Source: Botryllus schlosseri
Lineage: Eukaryota
NCBI GenBank assembly: GCA_051294905.1
Contig: CM119371.1
Location: 34,536,001 to 34,600,000 of the forward strand
Direction: 5' to 3'
Length of the DNA: 64,000 bases
Below, piece after piece: positions 35,818 through 48,597 of the stretch. The notes below the pieces were generated by a model that was not told the DNA's origin, made no database searches, and saw only the letters and a list, made by a program, of their open reading frames with translations. Numbering within the stretch: the first letter of the stretch is position 1; every line of letters starts with the position of its first letter. Made by a program: the position numbers and the translations under genes.

Positions 35818-37254
35818 GTTACATTAGGCGTTTTGTGATAGTTGGAAAGCTGCATCCTGCAATTTCAAATGAGTCCACTGATAAATTGCCAAATACATGC
35901 GAGGCTTCCACCAAATCAACTTGCCCTACTCAACTACCACCTTTAGTTCGTTTCCAGTTTGTTTTCTGTGCATATATTTGATGACTGCATGTTGGAGTTG
36001 TTCAAAGTCAACTTTTTTTCCGGATTCCGGGGATTCACTTATTGAATTGTTAGGTTGACTCAAAAAAAGCTTCACACCGAGTTTGGCTCGATCCCAACCA
36101 GCAAGCCAATTGAAATTCAAATTTCACTGTCAACCCCATGAAATTGTTACGTTGTGTACAAAAACGATCTAAACGAAGTTTGGCAATTCCAACCAGTAGA
36201 AGCGAAGTTGTTCAAGTTTTTTATCAATATAATTCTGGGATCACCCACCATCAGTGCTATTTTTGCAAATCCGAAAATTTGAATTGCAATAACTTTGCTT
36301 CTACCGGTTGGAAGTGGCCAGAAACTGTTATGCATCTCTCAAGCAAATTGACAATTCAGTGGAGTTAACAGTAAAATTTGAAATTTTTTTTGTTTTTAAT
36401 GAATGTTTAAATTGCAATTGACTCTGCGGCGGTTTGTACTTACAGGTTGGAATTGAACCAAATTTGGTGTGCGCCGTTTTTTCATGCAACCTAACAATTT
36501 TATCAGTTAATCCCCGGAATGCGAAAAAATAGTCATTTTTGAACAACCCTAATGCAACTATTAGTAGTGTCATTAATCGTTTTGTGTCAGTCATGCAGAA
36601 GAAATCTGCTGTTTTGAAGTTATCTACCTCGGCTCAACTGCTTAAAGTATGCAACCCTTGCCCCTCCGACAAAATCAACTTTTAAGAACTACCCGAGTAC
36701 TTTGAAGACCTTTCAATTTATACCTCCACCTATAGTAGTTTTGATATGTCTTCGTGATTGCCGCTCCTGGTTGTAATTTAATAGAAATTTGCGGTGTATT
36801 TCTACTACTCAAGTAGAAATGCTTACCAACTTTGACCACCTCGGGGTACATGTGTACTTGTGTAGTTGTGACCTTATTTCTTGCCGTTGTTACGTTGCGT
36901 ACAGCCTGTGATTTTATTTTGTGAATAATGCTTGTTATCTAATAATTACGGCTAATTCTTGTTGACATTGCAATTAATGTCAAATTTTTTTTGCATTTCA
37001 TTTCCATGGTAGATGTTTGCACTGTCGGTGAACTTATCATTTCACATTTTACATCTTGTAGCCTACTTATAGGCCTATCGTTGAAGACCGCCCATTGTCT
37101 GCTCAAATGGTACAAATGGCTTCCCGACATACGAGCATGCGACACTATGGAGAACTACAGTCGAGCATGGGGCACTTTAGCTTGCGTCTCTTCAGTATGT
37201 GACTTTATAACCCAAAAACTAACCCGAAACGTAACCCTGAAATTCACCCCTATA

Positions 37255-38099
37255 TAGGCTTACCACACGTCCCGTTTTAGGCGGGATAGTCCCGCTTTTC
37301 AATGTCTTGTCCCGGCGTCCCGACCAGTCAGCCAAACGTCCCGCTTTTTAAGGCCGTAAGGTACTGCTGAACTAACAAAATTTTCCAAATTTTTTTTATT
37401 GCAGAATCCTTAAGTATGAAACTAGTTCTCTTCAAAAATGTATGTTGAGCGTAATCGGCCCGTGAGTAAGTCTGGGCAAAGGTGCTGACTTCTTTTAGTA
37501 ATCAGCTCGTCAAATTTTGATCTGGGCCACGAAAAATTTTCAAATTGGAGATGAAGTCGCGACCATAAAAGGTTGGAAACCACTGGGGTGTTTCTAAAGC
37601 TCCGTGGTGCGCACCGGCATAAGGCTTATTAATAATCTTATCGTTGGGACATGAACATGACTTAACGATGTATGATTACGCTCGCTTCATTTGCGAACTC
37701 ATCATCCTCTACCGCTAACTCAAATCATGTGGACGGAGAGTAGTAACTATATAGTAATATATGGAACAACCAATATTATTGACAGAATTCATTCAAAAAA
37801 TTTAACGACCATATGGATATAGAAACCAGATTCATATAGCAAGCCCCCCTTCCAGATGTTCGATCGATTACCCTATGGTGGGCTCAAAATCATCGTTTAT
37901 TTGGGCGGAAAGGGGCTGAAAAATATGGTTTCGGTCGCGATTACACAACACACAGCCACATACTCCTAAACCGGATCGTGTGACCACCTCTGGTCTATGA
38001 GCAAAGCTTTGCTACTGTGGCGTCATAACTCACTTTGAAATCCGCTAGTGGGCGCTACAGTGTGTCCAGAATTTGGGTCACAGAAATATGGTAACCCTA
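37255..38099. mobile_element. Non-autonomous hAT element
   Basis: Termini TAGGCTTACCA...TGGTAACCCTA; TSD CCCCTATA. Confidence 0.85.
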
Positions 38100-39849
38100 C
38101 CCCTATATATATCCTAACCCCAAGCCTTACCCTAAATCCACCCCCAACGTGTAATCCATCCCACATGCTCATGTGTCGCATGCCGAAGTGTCACATGCTA
38201 TAATGTCTCATGCTCATATTTCCACGGACCATAATGTCTCATGCTCATATTTCCACGGACCAAAACAGATAGGCTGACATGGTCATTAGGGCTCTGCAAA
38301 AATGACTTTTTTTCTCAAATCGTACTGGCTACTTGATAAGATTGTTAGGTTAACTAATTTAAGCCTACACACCAAATTTGGTTCAATTCCAACCAGTAGC
38401 GGCATTGCTACAGGAGAAGAAAGTTTCTATTTATTATATAAAAATAAATAACAAAAAAATTTGAAAATTTTCTGTTCACCCCATGAAAGTGTTAGGTTGT
38501 CTATAGAAACGATGTTCACCAAATTTGGTTCAATTTCAACCAGTGGAAGCGGAGTTATTGCCGTCGAAAAATTTGGATTATGAATAAAATAGTATTTACG
38601 GTGACCAATTCTTCAATTATTTATTATAGTGGTGCCCACCGTAAATACTATTTTATTCAAATCCAAATTTTTTACAATATAGGCTAAACCAGTGGTTGAC
38701 AAACTGGCGGGCGTGCCCCCCTTGGGCGGTGTGAAAGCATCTGAAGGGGGCTCGAAGCTCCAGTAAACTGAAATTTTTTCGCGCTTGGCGCGATTCACCT
38801 CCATTTCATAGTTATTGCTCTATGTGTAGTCGGAATTTCATATTGGAGAATTCTCTCATCAACAGTCATAACCTTCCATACCATCAAACTATCTGTAAGG
38901 ATTGCTAACGTTCTGGTTTCATTGTGTGATATGACGATAAGGGGGACACGAAATATTTCACTGTCATAAAGGGGGGCGTGTCTAAAAAAGTTAGAGAACC
39001 AGTGGTGTCAACTAAATCTCGATATCTCAAAAATGCATCAACAGCAAATAAGCTCTTCTGAAACCTGTGCTGAACCATTTCTTACACCACGGTCAGAGTT
39101 TTATTTTTAAATCTCTGACCAGTACCTAGGCTTGCTGCAACAATTGCAAAAAGAAATTCAAGTTTCCAACCAAGGCTTCATCAAACTTGATCACGCATTT
39201 GTTGAGATGTTATCCCAATCTTGGCCAAATCTACCGGGGCCAGAAATTTTCACACCCCGATGTTCATCAAATGCAATCTAACAGTTTCCAAGCAAGTGAA
39301 AATGTAAGTGCGAACCAAAATGTTGTAATTCGCAATTATCAGGAAGTTCTTTCCTTTTGCATTTATTGCAATTTTACACATCTTATCGGTATCATCCTTA
39401 TCGCTGACGCCTTACCAATTAGATTTCATTATCCTCACTAAGCTCTGAATAGCCTAATCTGTTGATTTCATTGACTGTCCTGTAGCCTATTCGCTGTTAG
39501 TCGCTCAAACTTTTGGTTGTTAACAGTCGCTTGAAACATTTTTCTGTGTTTGTAGTTTTCAGTACTCATGATTAGGAATAGTTCGAGTTTTCTTTTAATT
39601 AAAGGGTATTCTACGTATCATGAATGAAACATGAATACTGAATAGCTTGAGATTGTTGCTAATTACGTCGCTACGGCTGTCAAAGAACACCTCTCTACCG
39701 AATCAATTACATGTTTAACAGTAATTGTAATTGTAATTTGACATTTTTAGCATTGAGTAGTTGTAATGTAATTTAAACATTCAAGAAAGTAATTGTAATT
39801 GTACTGAATTATTGTAATTGTACTGAATTATTGTAATTGATCCAACTCT

Positions 39850-40520
39850 GACAGGGACACAGTCCCCACCTGTACTTGGATTGTGATATGATGGCCGACT
39901 ATTGCTCGCGTTTGAAAGGAGAAATTCCAGGTGCTGCTGGTAAAAGAAAGTCCCTCAAAAGAGCATTTTTAAGCTTATAAGTGAACAGTTCATATTTTAT
40001 GCCACGTCTTTTTTGGATGTTTCTGAACTCGCCCTGCCCAAGTCCCTCTGAGTCGATCTTTATTTTGGAACTTCCGTTATTTCTGAATGTGTCTTCAGAA
40101 TTTCTGCACTCCATTGGAATGTCTATGTGCATATTGTGTGAACTGTAGGCTATAATTTGGCTAATACCTTGTTAATGTCATATCGACGTATTCGTCAGCG
40201 TAATGTAGCGTTTGATGTATGGTTGCACTTTTGCATGCCTATTTTTATTCCAAGGCATGAAATTTTAATAAAGACAACGCAAATTTGAGTGAATATAATA
40301 TAGACTGCTATGTTTGCTAATGAAAGCTAGATTATTGTAGGTAAAACAGTGTTTATTGCATCAGAATTCCTTGCCTTGACAACAGAGGGGGTCAATTTTT
40401 ATTTTAAATTAGGGATATATGACTAAGGAAAATCTAAGGTCATTTTCGGATTCAGCGCCCCAAAATTAGCGAAAATCAGTTGTCAAAACCCTAACCTGAT
40501 TTTGTGTAGACCGATGTAAT
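39850..40520 (+). mobile_element. 3' relic of a Chapaev3-like (CMC) transposon
   Basis: Peptide DCDMMADYCSRLKGEIP..KRKSLKRAF at ~39879-39970 and subterminal GTCATTTTCGGATTCAGCGCCCCAAAATTAG. Confidence 0.6.
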
Positions 40521-41008
40521 CTGTTGATTGATCGATTGATTGGCATCAGCATTCATCAATGCCGAACTATCGAATTGCGATACCCCTTGTTCATTGTTAC
40601 TAGTCGTCATATTATTGAAAAGACGAAAAAGTAGACACTCTTTTCAAGCAAGTATAACAGACGTAACAACGTGAAATTTACACGGAAAATGCCAATCGCT
40701 GGTTTGTTTGTTTGATTTATTCATGGCATTTCGACTACATTGGTCATTGAACACCTGGCCGATATTCTTTATTTTTGATTCCGTATTTACCGACTTGTAG
40801 CATGTCCCACTTCTTAGGTTTTATAAAACACCGCTTACGCTGGTTGGTTGACTATCAAAGAAAGGTCGAATTTCCGAGTCGGTTCCTTAGAAACCGATAA
40901 TTTGTGCTTGGTTGACCTTTTGTAGTCAAACTTCGCGGCGGTTCCGGAAAAAGCCGACTTTCCAGTGTTATTTTAGCGAGTTAACCGTTGTCGAGTTAGT
41001 CTTGGCTG

Positions 41009-41431
41009 TAGGCTTGCATTTAAAACGCATATCAATTTAAAACAAACATGTTTAAAACAAGGCCCTTGTTTAAAACTTTTTTGTTCATTTTTAATTTTAA
41101 ACCATGGCGTCCCGAATATTCAACTGTTACGTCATAGCTTACTGACATTGACCGACAATTGAAAATATAGGGTAAATTTCTATACTATTGCTGTTGAACC
41201 GACTATTTTGACAGTTCCAACCCTACCATATAGAAACGTCGGCTATATCGGGTGGTAATTGTCCGTAGGCTCATACGACATGTTTTTATAAAGTATTTAC
41301 ACAATTATGGCCTAATTTTACAACTTAAAAAAAGCAATATTTTTTAAAAGGCATTAAATGTTTAAAACACGATTTAACACACGTTTTAAACAAAGTGTTT
41401 TAAAACTGCGTTTGTTTTAAATCCAACCCTA
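41009..41431. mobile_element. hAT-type MITE (TTTAAAAC-rich)
   Basis: TAGGCTTGCATTTAAAAC...GTTTTAAATCCAACCCTA; TSD CTTGGCTG. Confidence 0.8.
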
Positions 41432-41903
41432 CTTGGCTGTATATACTCGCCTGACACTAAGAGAAAAAAAGAGGACACTTTGCGAAAAAATAGAACATTT
41501 TGGTTTTATTAGACAAAAAGGACATATAGTATCCTAACATTCTGGAATAACGCAATTATGGTCGTCATTCTTATTCAGGTATATTCCTGTAATTAGAGCA
41601 GAGGTCCTTAGCATTTTTGTCTTCGCGGACTCCCCGAATTCCACTCAATTATCCTGCAACCGTCATCTGTCTTGTGCAAATATTTACTGTAGGCTAGTGA
41701 TAAATGAATTTTCCTAAAAACAACATACTATTCAAGTCGAAATTGGGTCGACAGTAGAGAATTATGCAGCTGCATATCTTGAAATAATATCTCGTCGTGT
41801 CTTGGAAATCCGTGCTTTTTATTTGATGTGAATGCGTATCGAAAATCTATTTCCACAGAGATCGGTGTTGACGGATGTAATAATAACGGGTGACGCTGTC
41901 GAC

Positions 41904-42059
41904 CCCTGTTCCCTCTTAGCCGCGCACAGAAAAACGCGTGCCGCGCACAAGAAATCCGAAGTGATAACTTTTTTGACGTTACGAACTGTTGTCCAAGCGA
42001 CCGCGAACGGTGTTGGTGAGTGCGTACAGACTCGTGGTGAAAAATTCGAGGGAACATTG
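41904..42059. mobile_element. hAT-type MITE (TGTTCCCTC family)
   Basis: TSD CTGTCGAC; inverted relative of 35574-35767. Confidence 0.8.
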
Positions 42060-42445
42060 CTGTCGACGACACAACAGGGGTTAAACTCGCTTAGCCGCCA
42101 AACTCCGGGCGCATGTATACACGGCGTCTGACGGCTGAACTGGTGATGCGTTAGATAGCGTTCGGCGTCCAGCGTCTTGAACATATATGGCGCCAAACTT
42201 GAGAAAAAGATTCTTCAATGAACTTTTAACGTTCAGCCTAGTCATTTCGATCTACCAGCTCACCTTAAATTGTTCTGGAATAGTGGTTATGTATATCACA
42301 GGGGGAAAGAGAGTTTGCAAACATTTCGACATCACGCAAATGGACCTTGCTATTCCAACTCTTCATTTTTCACAAACACAAGTGTATCAGTAGGCTGATG
42401 GAAAATTCGCACAGTGGGATATTTCATTATCAATCATTATGTGAG

Positions 42446-43340
42446 CAGTGTTGGGATGACTCGAGTCATGACTTGACTCGAGTCACCTTTTTCGTGTGAC
42501 TTGACTTGACTCGAGTCACTTTGCTAAAATAACTTGACTTGACTTGACTCGGCGTATCAGAATTGTGGATTGACTCGGAACAAAATTCACGAGTCAATTT
42601 CAAGTCATCAAGTAATCGGTGTCGATAAAAATCACTGTATCTTGCATATGGTCGAATTGTTCGCGAAACGCTGTTGTAACCCGTGAAAGTGAGCAATCAT
42701 TCAATCATTCAATGATTTAATGAGCCGCCATTGTTCTCTCACAAATAAATTGACCGCAAACGAAGTGATCGAAGCTTACGTTGTCGTAAACTAGTATTGT
42801 AAAGTAGTTTAATAGCAAAATGTATATTTCTGTTCATACCTTAACCAAGCCTCTTGTCTTACTGATATTGAAGTCGAATATATTTTATATAGTTCTCAAT
42901 CATTGGCGCAGGCTCGAATTGTATCATATCAATTTGTAGGTGGGTAATGTATTGCATCTTATCAATTCGTATCTTTATTCTCTATTCTGCTGCGAACCAT
43001 ACACTGAGGCTATGCAATTACTTACGTAGTTTAACAGTTCTACATATATGTGAGCGATATAGCGTGTATATTCAACTCTGCATTCGTTCATCAGTTCAGA
43101 TTCAATGACTACTCAATCTGTATTTCAGACAGCTAGCAAAATGCAATGACGTAATCATGCCCTCTACTTCGAAAAGGCAACTTGACTTGAATTGTGACTT
43201 GACTCTTGACTCGACTTGACTTGACTCGACTTGACTCGAGTCAACTTCGAAAATCGATTGACTTGACTTGACTCGAGCCAAAATGTGCAGTGACTCGAAA
43301 TGACTCGTGACTCGAAGGTAATGACTTGATCCCAACACTG
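42446..43340. mobile_element. hAT-type MITE (GACTT/GACTC-rich)
   Basis: TIR CAGTGTTGGGAT...ATCCCAACACTG; TSD TATGTGAG; decayed relative at ~61553-63121. Confidence 0.88.
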
Positions 43341-44353
43341 TATGTGAGTCATGAAGTATTAGCAGAAATGAAGCGATACGGCCTCGTAATTTACCTAATT
43401 TAAAAATTAAATGAAATTTTCAATCATTTTGCAAATTTAGAGGTTGCGCGGGCCCGCTGGAAATGCATCGCGGACCGCCAGTTGAGAACCAATGAGCTAG
43501 AGTCATCGCAAAGAAATTACCTAAACTTGACTTAGTTGCAAAACTTGTCAGTGCGGCGTGGATCATTAAATGATTGCTGTTCTATTACCAATAAAACTTT
43601 GACGGATGTACGTTGGTATCGTAAACCACAATGTCCTTAAAGCAACGCCATTTCCATATATAATACACGAGACAGAGTGTGACAGAAATACTGGATGCAA
43701 ATTGGTGGAGACAACATGCTAAAAGGATAAGAATTCAGACGTGCCCGGTAATGTATAGTCATATTTCCTGTTTACGCCACTGAGGGCACTCTTGTTATAA
43801 TGCTCCATAATAAAACACATATCATTTTGTGCTAGCCGCTTCGAATCGCCAAATTTGCTGCTAAGAATGGGAGAGGTAACAACCCGTTTAAGAAGCCTGA
43901 TGTAACTGCCGCAATGATATAGTCAAACCGGACTGGTGTGATCAGACTAGATGACCTTCACGGTCTTATCGATCATTCCTATCTAATACCGAATACTGTG
44001 CATGCATATTTTCTGTACCACCATCACTGCCGTTTGTTATGTATTTTGGTTGGATGAAAATAAAGACTCTCTCTCTCTCTCTCTCGGACAAACAAACTAT
44101 TATTAACTGATGGAAATTCGCTAACATTCGACTTGACGTAAATAAATAAATATCGGATCCAGAACATTCCCCTAGGCTATTAATATTTGCGGTATAGGGT
44201 TTAAGAAGTTTAATGCCAACTATCAGCAGTCGCGAACCAAGATGTAATGCATGCGGATGTCTTGCAGAAATCCTGTATCAACCGATACTGCTTGTCCGAT
44301 AAATATCGTTAATTATTATATTACAGAAAGGTATTTAAACGTTAAAGGACCAC

Positions 44354-44411
44354 ATGTATCAGAGACTCGCATTCGCTACAATCCTGTTCATTGCATACTG
44401 CAGAAGCTCCG
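44354..44411 (+). CDS. Putative signal-peptide exon of a secreted protein
   Basis: MYQRLAFATILFIAYCRSS followed by phase-1 donor GTGAGT. Confidence 0.5.
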
Positions 44412-46730
44412 GTGAGTAGGCCCATCTCTTTGCTTGCAAAGTTCCGTTTACCTGGCGATCGTTAGCAAACCCCGACCTCCTGATATGCGACATGGACAGG
44501 CGGTCGGATCATTCTTGTTCGAAATAGATCAACAAACATGCACAATGCACATTCTAACTGTTTACTCGTAAGGGTGAATGTTCTCGAAAAAAACTACTTT
44601 ATAGCAACCCTAAGGTTAATCGGTGTTGTTACATAGACTCGGGTTTGTAATGACTCGCGTCGCAATTTTACTTTGACTCCAATAAACTCAAATAAATTTA
44701 ATGAACATGAAAAATGACTCGATTAGACTTCATTCACTTGTCGCATTTCCATATTTATTTGCAGTTAATCGAGTGGTTGCCCATGACTCGAGACTTTCTG
44801 AATGACTTCGAATATTGTGTTACTACCATTGTATGGTGTGAAAGTGAGGTTCATGTTCGCGTTCAGTGTGAGAACCTTCAAAATTTAGAGGTTCACGTTC
44901 ACAAACGCACCTTGGTAGGTTCTGCACTGGGAACCTTTTGATATGTATTACAATTTTCACTTCATTGTAATATCTCTGGTTGAAATTCATTGCATTTCAA
45001 CTACAGACCATTCTAGATGCACGCGGCGCTGTCAGCATAAAATATCAACACTAAACGAGCATGCACCTTGACAATCTCAAAGATTTTACTTGCTTTGTAA
45101 CAAAAGTTTGCTCGTAATATCCAGCTTTCCGTTTGTGAATATTTAGTGACTCTCCGCTGTGAGCTTGACCCGTAAATAACACTACATCCAGAGCTAAATA
45201 CACTGCATGTGGTTGGTAGTCAGAGAATGCTGCTTATGCAACCAACCCATGAAATTGATACCGTTATCTGATGCAAAAAATCTTGCAGGCGTAGGCCAAC
45301 GGGGTCAATCTTGATTTCATATGGTTACTGTATCATAAAAACCAAATCCGTACGATTGGAGGGTTGGCTACTGCTGTAAAACTTGTTAATGGGGTGATAT
45401 CGGTAGCAAGTATAGAAAACGCTTTACACTCTGCTCAATATCAATATAGCAATACTCAGACGCCGAATACATTGTCCTGTCTGGGCTAGACCGTTAAGGC
45501 GAAGCTTATTCCCTTGCAAGTCCTCGCCGAAATTGCTGGCAGTACGACGGAAGATATTGATTTTATGGGATTTTTTATGCGACGTAAATGTCAATATGTA
45601 CTTTAGCATTATAGCGTTATGTAGCCGAGTCGTCGCTAGGTATCGTGTACTGTACAGTACATTGGCTATCGCTTCACTGAAATGTTGGGTTAGGATTAGC
45701 AATATGACGTCACGTGACGTCATGAGGTTCACGCTCGTGTTCACACAGCACATTTCAAAAAGGTTCAGCGATGCGGTAGTCCTACCACTATACGGTATAA
45801 AATTTCGTGTTGCTTGTCGCAAAGCAATATTATTTGGTTCTTTAATATTCAGTGATAAATTATATAGTGACCTTCGCCACATGAGATAATCAGTAGTGTC
45901 ATCATATTTGACTGGATGTACCAATCCGAGCTACTCTTCATGGTGACATACTACTAACACTAAGTTTCGATGTGATGATGTTTTGCTGATAACTCCTAAT
46001 CCGGCTAATCTCACATGAGCTACCAGAAAATTATCGATTGAGAATGACGGCTAGGCAGTTGGTTTGATGAAGTGCGCATGTATCACTTGAACGGTAACTT
46101 ATCAGACGGAGTATGGTTTTTGTTCGACAGCTCGTTGTTCACTACCCCAAGCTGGATTCTTACACGTCTGCTTTTCTCAACACTAAATTACCTTGCCAGT
46201 GCCCCAAATGTGTAAGAATAGCGTATAGCGGGCCCCATTTTAACAGAAAAAGACGCTGATGGCCACAAAATATCATCACCATGTATTTGTGGACTACTAT
46301 TAAATTTAGGCTACTGTAGCCTATTTACACCAGTCTTATACGGGCATTTCGTACATTTTATGCATTCTAAAGCATTAATCGACAGCGTTCTTCCAATGCT
46401 AGGCTAAAGTAGTCTACGTGACAACGTGTTTCAGTACATGCGATAAAAGATGGACTGACACTGCTGTTACTCTTCTGGTGACGGTTGAATCAGACAACTG
46501 TAACTTCGGAATTTGTCAGGTGATGTTGGCCTTGCTGCTAAGTTCTGGAAACAGCGAATATTCGCACAGTACGTTAAAGTTTTATTGAATTCACAGAGCG
46601 GATTCTTGGGTTTAGCGATATTCCAAGCAATTTTAACAATGCCCCGAAATATGGATTGCTGGGCTTGACATCATAGCTAGCACCGTTTACTCTAAGATCA
46701 CCCGATATGTAAAACTCTAGAAGAAACTAC

Positions 46731-47859
46731 CAGGGTTGTAACCAAGTCAATCACACTTTTCTAGTTTTGACTCGAGTTAAGTAAAGTCATTTTCAATTCA
46801 CCACCGAGCAGGGTTGTAACCAAGTCACTAGGCTCCGAGTCACAAGTCAATCTCACTTTTATATTTTTGACTCGAGTCAAGTCGAGTCATTTTCAATTCC
46901 CACCGAGTCAAGTCCGAGTCCAAGTCAGCGAACAGAGGATCGAGTCCGAGTCATGGTATTATGACTCGAGTCCGAATCCAAGTCATTGTGTTGACTGCTC
47001 AGTTTCCAGTTAAAGTCTTCCTAAACCCACTTTCTTAACTCTGTTCGTTGATATTGAATGGTTCGCATTTATAATATAATAATTTTCCTCACTTTTAGCA
47101 GTTTCTGGTCGCATTTTCAAGCACCAGTACCAACAAACGAAATCCCAATAGTGTGTTGGCTTCGAAATTACAATGAAATGTCGGTCTTCGCCGTCTGAAT
47201 CTCGAGTCAATGACTTGGTTCGAGTCATGCGCAATGACTCGAGTCCAAGTAGAGTGAATACACAGATTGACTCGAGTCGAGTTATTTCCGCATTTTGAGA
47301 AAATGACTCGAGTCGAGTCGAGTCATCCGAAAATCGTGACTCGAGTCTGACTCGAGTCGAGTCATGACTCGAGTCATTACAACCCTGCCACCGAGTCAAG
47401 TCCGAGTCCAAGCCAGCTACAAGAGATTCGAGTCCGAGTCATGGTCTTTTGACTCGAGTCCAAGTCCAAGTCATTATGTTGACTGTTCGGTTTTCAGCTT
47501 AATCCACATTTTTCGATTCTGCTATAGAGTGATATAGAATGGCTCGCATCCAGAATATAGTAATTTTCCTCAGTCTTAACAGTGTCTGACGCTATTTCCC
47601 AAGTATCATGACTGATAGACGAAATACCAATAGTGTGGTTACTTTACTATATTTTTCGAAGCGACAATGAAATGTCTGTCTTGGCTGTCCTAGTCTTGAG
47701 TCACATGCCTTGATTCGAGTCATGCAGAATGACTCGAGTAAAGGTCGAATCAATACAAAAATTGACTCTAGTCGAGTCGAGTCATTTGACGCATTTGAAA
47801 AACTGACTCGAGTGAAGTCGAGTAACCAAAAAATCGCGACTCGAGTAGTTACAACCCTG
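46731..47859. mobile_element. GACTCGAGTC-rich hAT MITE with a same-family copy nested at 46809-47387
   Basis: TIR CAGGGTTGTAA...TTACAACCCTG; outer TSD GAAACTAC, inner TSD CCACCGAG. Confidence 0.9.
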
Positions 47860-48597
47860 GAAACTACCGTAGTATCAGGGTAGCAATTGCTTTCATAATG
47901 AAAGATGTCGCAGGCCGGGAAATTATCGTCTGCGGGCCATGGGTTGAGAACCATTGACTTACGATCATACACTTATATGCGCAGGTACTGACGTTGCTGA
48001 GGGCGGAGAAAACGCCACATCAACCAGCCCGGTAGTAAGAGTAAGAAGTTTTCATATACATATCAAATCTGAATGTCCTATTTTGGTTCGAAACTAATGT
48101 ACACTCTATATATAGAGCGAATCCGATAAATACCTCCGAGACTCACTGTAACGAGTGAATAACGACAGTCACGTGGTGCGTATAGCAGCTGCACATGCAC
48201 ATATTTCGTTGCTGCATGTGTTTAAGAAATGTACAGTATCGCCCATGGATTGTTTTCATTTCTTTTTATTTTCGTTTGGGCCGAGTTAAATATCGTTGAC
48301 CTATTCCAATAAATGTTGCAAGTAATGTAAAGAACTAGAAAGTGCGTGTTAGCTAGGGCTACCATATTTATAGATCCGAAAAGAGGACACTTGTTACAAG
48401 TTACAATAAAAGACATAAAAACGGATAATGGTGATCGTTGATAGGACGACTAACGAAATGATCATTTTACCAAGGTCGTGCGTCACCCTGTGCTGATAGG
48501 CTCTTCTATGGCATAATTGATGACTTCATGTCATCATCGATCTGATTTTTCTAGTATACTGGCTGGTCAATTGAGGTTCGTGATAAAAGCTAATCAG

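Larger units (their letters stand above)
31881..36110 (+). repeat. Segmental duplication unit B containing ZF paralogue 2
   Basis: Collinear with ~1523-6330; right boundary approximate. Confidence 0.85.

Noticed and set aside
45424..45924. 166-aa minus-strand ORF
   Set aside because: No recognisable motif or splice support; probably a chance ORF
42460..47460. CRISPR-like array from recurrent GACTCGAGTC palindromes
   Set aside because: No constant repeat-spacer period, eukaryotic context; these are subterminal repeats of TSD-bounded MITEs
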